A DNA stretch of 61,448 bases, counting the filler, from Choristocarpus tenellus KU-1152 (lineage: Eukaryota > Protista > Phaeophyceae), in assembly GCA_964200185.2 (NCBI GenBank). It is 11 parts of 11 records of this genome, joined end to end, with 100 filler letters (N's around TTAATTAATTAA, not from the genome) between each part and the next. Parts side by side here need not be neighbours in the genome. Positions count along the whole stretch, not along the records: positions 55,738 to 61,448 come from CAXNAD020009938.1; 10 more parts are not named here. One strand, given 5' to 3'. The position numbers and the translations under genes were made by a program. Below are positions 55,738 to 61,448 of the stretch, one piece after another. A model generated the notes under the pieces. That model did not search any database. It had not been told where the DNA came from and saw only the letters and a list, made by a program, of their open reading frames with translations. Each line of letters opens with the position of its first letter. The stretch's first letter is position 1.

Positions 55738-58700
55738 GGTATGCATACTGGACAGTGGGCCTTGGGGGGAGTGCAGGAGGGGCAAGAAGGGGGGGGTTGG
55801 TATGATGGTAAAGGTGTTGGGGGGGGATACCAGAATTGGGGAGGAGGATGGCAGCAAAATGCAAATAGGCACTGGCATCAGGGGGGCAGCCAAGGGGGGT
55901 GGGGGGGAGTTGAAGGCATTGGAATCAACAGGCTTCAGGCAGAATTTGATGCTGTCATATGTGACTTGTTTCAAAATCCTGAGGTGTGTACATGCCTGGT
56001 CCTTGGTGTGTGATGGTGTGTGAAGGATTATGAGACCAGATGTTGTGTTTGGGGAGGACTGAGCCATGGGTTTTTTCAGCACTGTGTGTGATCATTACAA
56101 CTGGAGCGCATGCACCTTGTATATGTCTACCTTAACTTGTGGCAAAGGTGCCATGGTCAGATTGTGTGAGCAGGAGTTGTCCCAATGATGAGTATATGTG
56201 CTGGGTAATTCAAGAAAACAATTTGCGAAACCCCCATGCGTCCAATCCAATCTCCAAACTTGTCCTAATTTAGTTCAATTAAGGTTTAGGGCTTGATAGG
56301 AAGCATACCTTGTCTTTCTGAAAAGGCTATTGGAAGGTGTTTTGCAAGAGCCGAGAAAATACGATACATCTGACTCTCAATGTCTAAGGCAGTATCCCTA
56401 CCTCCGACAGAAAAAATCTAAGGTGGTATCCCTACCTACCTCCATATGTGCACGTTAGAAGCTGCCTCAGTACTCTAGAGTAGTCTGAACATTGATGATG
56501 TTAACCTGTGGGCAAGATGCCCACTTGCAGAGCAAATCCTCCTGTGACAACTGGTATTGGACAAAGGTGTACACAAGGTATATTATGACTTGACTACCCT
56601 TTGGTCGGTGTATCCTGTAGTTCAGAGTGCCTGAGCAACTCCTACCTACTCCTCGCCACTGCAATTTGTCTCTGCCTTCTTGCTGGGACATGAGACACAC
56701 TATGATCGACAGGTGTAGTAGTTAACTCTGTTGATGCCCTGGCCCTCCACACACACACCTCCCCTTAATGTGCAGGTGGTGAAGCTGGGCTGCGATTTTG
56801 CTCATGACCTCTCAATCCTTCGCACTTCTTGGTGAGTCCATGTGGCGGTGTGTAGGGTTGGAGGGGAACCTGTATGAGGGCAAGAGGGGCCAGACTAGAG
56901 AGGGTAGAGGTTTGGAGGCGAGCCTGAACCTTTCACCAGTGCCTCAAAGAATCTTCCCTACTCCCTCCCCACAATGTTCAATACTCTTGCCATTGAATTA
57001 CCTCCTCGTTCCTGCACTCCTCCAATTACATGACGCCGTCCTTATGCACCTACACATCCTTGTCATTTGATGGGAAACGAAAAATATGAACATCATGCGG
57101 GGTGAATATGTTTGAACAAGAAAAGGCCAGCAGTAAAGGGTTTCAAGTGCTGCACCTCGCTGTTGGAGGTTAGTATCACATGCCAGGGATTGGGGTGGTC
57201 AGCGTGGTGGTGGGTTTTGATGTTGTGTTCCTGTCGGTTTATATTTCGTGTGGAAAGAATAGGAATGCATCAAGCATTATTTATTTTAGAGTGTTAAGAG
57301 TATCTTTGTATCTTCTGAGTTATTACTTGTCCAAACATGTATTATTGGTATTGTTGCAATACAAACGGATCTACAACGGGCTGGCAGTTGGCACCAACTG
57401 AATCCGCTTAACTGGTCTCCTCTAAATTGCTGCACTTTTTGTACTTCGTGAAATAGACGTGTGAAGTGCACTCTGTGATGCTTTGTTTGAGTTCCAAGTA
57501 CATTCCTTTCATATATGTGCCTGTCATATTTTTTTGTACTTTATGTGTGCTGATGCTACTGCTTTGGTAGTGCATGACACCTCTGGTTTGTAACACAACA
57601 GTCCCGTTGATATGCATGCTTCACATCCTTCGGGGTTAGAGGGAAACCGATTGTTTATACATTTACCTGTGAAGATATAGAATGACCACGATCTTTGTCT
57701 TCTCTCTTTGTGGGCACAAGTTATGTCATCCTTTCAAAGACAGTAGTGAGAACGATCCACAAAATTGATTTATCCTGGATCTTACCCAGGAATGCACCTG
57801 TTGTGGTTGGTGTTTGAGGTTTCACCATTCACAGGCGGCACATGTCCCACATTGCGTTGAGATGATCGCTGACTTCACCAGTGTGTTCTTCGGAGTAGTC
57901 CCTTTCTTTTGTAGTGGTCGTGTAGGGGCTCTGTATCAGAACACGCTGTGATATACTCATGTGGATATTCACTGATAGGTGGGTGCTCACTACATTAGTT
58001 GCCAGAAAAGGCGATGGCAAAGTTTAGAGTGATGTTTTGGGTCGCACTGCATTCAATATGTATTCCTTGTGTCGAGCAACTACCATGGTAAAACTGTCTT
58101 TCTTGATTGCCCTTATTTATGGGTTTATTGAAAGGATGATTGTTAGAAGTAGGCACTCCGAGTTGCATTAAGTGCTCACAAAATCGGTTGTGAAGGACAG
58201 CTTGTTACAGGGATGGACATTTTTTTTAGTACTGTGGAGTTTGAATAGACAAGGAGAAAGAAACACCCTTTACTGAAGCTGTATGGTACAGTGGCAAGAG
58301 TGTGCAGGACTTTTTGCTGGCAAAACCTTTTAATGCACTCTGGATTGCCTACTTAACACCACCCGTCACTACTGCTGGGACTCTGGTTGTGTTGCCTTGG
58401 AGAGAAGCTTCCCCGCCTGAGCTCTTTGTTGAAGAATTCGAAAGGAAAGTCACTCATGAACATGTGTCAGCTTTGGCTTGGGAAGAGCCTGGATAAATCT
58501 GAGTGCATGTCCAACTGGGCCCTCAGGTGAGGACAATGACCATGTTGTGGTAGTAAGGTTGGCGGAATATGGACTTTCAGGTATAATATAGACTTTCCAG
58601 AGAGTCAGGTTAGGAAAGGTAGAGATGAACTGGCCACAGTGGAGTGTGAGGGTCAGAGCACACCACCATCCCCCCTTTTCCCCAGGAAGGTTACGCAAAG

Positions 58701-59489
58701 GTTGGCATTTATCATCTAGATTGGTATAGGGTTGGAGTAAAAGCTTTTTACTACGTTGAACACTGGCTCAGAGCTTCACTTGATTTCTCTGCTGTACTAC
58801 CCAGCTTGTCAAGAAATTTCGTTGTATAGCTGAGTGTATTGTCTGCCCTACTCTTGTCTTCTAACTAGTTTCATTCCTGCCAATGATGCATAAAGTACAA
58901 CTAAGGGAAGCTTTGCCTTTTCCACACTTTTCCTGGATCGAGTATTTTGAACATAGGGCAGATGAAACTGTGGTACCACAGTGGCGGCTCTATCATCATA
59001 GTCTTGTCAATACTTTCTGAAACCCCTATGTAGCAAGCTTTCCTAACCATCATGCAAAGAATGAGACTCAAGTGGGGGATGCATGTACCCCACTCCCCTT
59101 CTATTTTGAAGGGAAGGACACGCACCACAATGTGACCAATTGAGGTGACCTCAAGCATAAATTCAACACCACAACTCATTGCTCTGGTTCCCATCCCCTC
59201 TCATCTGTTAGTATTGATCATTCTGGAGATGATGTAGTAGCACTTGGACCCTCCAGTTCCCCTTGCCATCCTCCCTTGTCCCATGGTGATGCCTTCCCCT
59301 CTTCTCTGCTCTGGTTAGCTGCATTAATGCATTCTTTCTCTCACATGCAGCCTCCTCTGGCCCTCTATCGCCCCCCGCCTCCTTGCCCAATTTACTGTGT
59401 GCAGACCACTTTCCCCCAGTCAAGTTTCATATGCTGCTCTGGACGCACATGCCCTCAACCTAATATTTGAAGAGATGCATCGCTACAAG
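55738..59489 (+). CDS. DEDDy 3'-5' exonuclease, MUT-7/EXD3 (Nibbler)-like; partial
   Basis: Exons <55738-55983, 56776-56831, 57126-57168, 57835-57880 (least certain), 58403-58526 and 59405-59489 splice in frame: FDAVICDLFQNPE-VVKLGCDFAHDLSILRTSW-PAVKGFKCCTSLLE-...KSLMNMCQLWLGKSLDKSECMSNWALR-PLSPSQVSYAALDAHAL. These are the ExoII (KLG...D) and ExoIII (SxW..RPL...YAAxDA) motifs. Confidence 0.85.
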
Positions 59490-61279
59490 GTCAAGTCCAC
59501 ACCAGGTAGACGGAGCAGTAAGAGACAGGCACCATCCCCCTTGGAAGGGTTGTTCCACTCAGTGCTATTTGTATGCCTCCTGGACAGTTCCCATGTATCC
59601 ATAGATAGACAGAACCTGATTGGCGGTAAAGTGAAGTGTATGTTCCACGCTGGTCCTTATCATCAATCTCCTGCCCCTTCCCCACCTTCTTGTTTGTTTA
59701 ATTGTTTGATTGACTTGCTCACTTGCCCCAGAGGGTCTAAGGAACAATGCATGGTGGGAGGACCTACTTATCACTTCCGGTCAAATGCGCCCATAGAAAG
59801 CAAGAACTTACCACCAGATGCATAGAGAACAATGGTACTATGCACATGCTTTGGGATGCTCTGAAGCTTACTATGGAGCATGGGTAACGACGATTTGTTC
59901 CAAGGTGCCACACTACCCTGGCTGTTGCCTTTGCATAGTGACAATGCTATTCCAACTCCTACATTTTCCCAGGCCTATGTCAATGGTCGCAATCAAAGGC
60001 AAGCTATGGTTTCGAGGTTCTCCTCGTGTGTAAGAGTGCATTTGTATAATTGTGTGGCAAGGGTGCTTCAAGCCTCATGTGGGAATCTTGGTTTGACTTG
60101 CGTAAAGCAACCAGCACCAGATCGGGATATCTCCATTTCTTGTTCAGCTCGTTGCATTGCAAAGACCGCTTTTGCTCAAGGGTAGGCATGCATCCCATGG
60201 CTTGTATTTAACATGTGAGGCGATGAGCACTCTCCAGTGGTGCCTACAGTTTAGAGGAAGGAAGAGAACGGCCCTAGCTTGATACAATTTTGTATGAGCT
60301 TTCTACTGACCCCTCTTGGTAGCTGGTGCATATCACCCTTGCTGAAAGTAGACTTAGACACCAATATTAATTATTCCATTGATTGCCCCTGAGCCCAAGA
60401 AGTAGTTTGATGCAACCTTTTCCCTGAGAGTTGTCTGGTGCGGGGTTCTTGTCTTACCATGCTCCACTTTTTTATTCACATGGACGTGATTAGTGCTCAA
60501 TAATTGTGGAGGATACACTATCCTCCCTTCCCAGTTGATATTAGGATTTTTGCTTCCAGTGACCACCTACACGGATACCATAATGTGGAGTTAGCGCAAG
60601 AGATTAGAAAGTATCTCTGGTCACTATGATTGGAGTACATTCTGGTCATTATTGTGTCACTCCTTGTGCATGTACGCAGAGCTACGCCAAAGCAAGTTTC
60701 CTGTATGTACATAAACAAATCAGTGAGTGCTAAGTCAAGGAACAGATGAAACACATCTTCCTTGAAAATAAAACAAGAATGGAGGGTAGATGCTGTTCTT
60801 TGATGGGGTCATAATAGTAGGAAAGTAGAAATACAACTATATAATAACCTTTCCCCTTGAATCTTCAAGTAGTATTGCACCTGAGACAGACCGTAACAGT
60901 TAGGTGGGTTAAAATCTCTCATCCTTCTTATCGAAGTAATGTGCATAGAGTGAGGTCGTGAGGGAAGTTGATTGTCTTTATGGTTTTTCCCTACTGTGAA
61001 CTGTAGAAGGCAATGACAGTGAATTCTAGGTTATGTACACACATTGAGTGTGGGGGGACCTGTGTTGCCACAATGAACGGTTGGAGTAATGTTTTTTTGT
61101 TTATTGTTGGATTCAGCGATTTGAAATGGTCACAACTGTGATGATTTTATAGATGTCTCGACGTTAGAGGTTGCTATGGTAGCAGAGATAGTGCAGATAT
61201 ACGAGCAATGGTGGCACGCTGATAATCAATACTGTGGAGTTATTAATTTTCTAGGAAGGGGAGCAGATGGCAGGGGACA

Positions 61280-61438
61280 AATTTGGGAAGGCAATGTACC
61301 TGGATAATGGAGGAGAGTGGAAAATATATATTAGTGCATAGTATTATTCCGAGAGGCCTAATTTGGAAGGAAATGTCCCTGGATAATGGAGGAGAATGGA
61401 AAATATATATTAGTGCATAGTATTATTCCGAGAGGCCT
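61280..61438. repeat. Tandem duplication, 2 x ~80 bp
   Basis: AATTTGG(G)AAGG.AATGT.CCTGGATAATGGAGGAGA.TGGAAAATATATATTAGTGCATAGTATTATTCCGAGAGGCCT is repeated head-to-tail. Confidence 0.92.
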
Positions 61439-61448
61439 AAAGGGACAC

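Noticed and set aside
56020-56065. Sirtuin-like IMRPDVVFGED peptide
   Set aside because: Flanked by stops, inside an exonuclease intron, with no other sirtuin motifs; a chance match.
61280-61438. CRISPR-like repeat array
   Set aside because: Units are contiguous with no unique spacers, no cas genes are present, and the context is eukaryotic.

Overview
This window is not one locus. It is 11 short contigs joined by artificial 100-bp linkers (N44-TTAATTAATTAA-N44), so adjacency across a linker means nothing. The DNA is eukaryotic and intron-rich (GT-AG introns of about 0.3-2 kb). Gene content and retroelement motifs suggest a flagellate-stage stramenopile, most likely a brown alga or close relative (inference). 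Spliced genes that can be reconstructed: the C-terminus of an M1 aminopeptidase N (4 exons), the first exon of BBS1 head-to-head with a complete 3-exon LSm6, an unknown coiled-coil-headed gene, the 5' part of a PGM2-type phosphomutase, the kinase domain of a type III PI4-kinase (7 exons), and part of a MUT-7/EXD3-like DEDDy 3'-5' exonuclease with a GW/WG-rich insert. The rest is dense in decayed mobile DNA: a chromodomain-bearing Ty3/Gypsy remnant, nested Ty1/Copia remnants, several 3' fragments of a CRE/R2-type RLE non-LTR element, an intron-containing Sola-like transposase pseudogene, and an abundant MITE family (TIR core CAAAGTATCT) whose G-run subfamily sits at about half of the contig breaks. 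The most unusual items are an LTR followed by a ~42-nt CCA-terminated tRNA-Ser 3' half as primer-binding site, the MITE family with its candidate transposase, and the possible Argonaute-hook insert in the exonuclease. All calls come from reading the sequence by eye; no searches were run.
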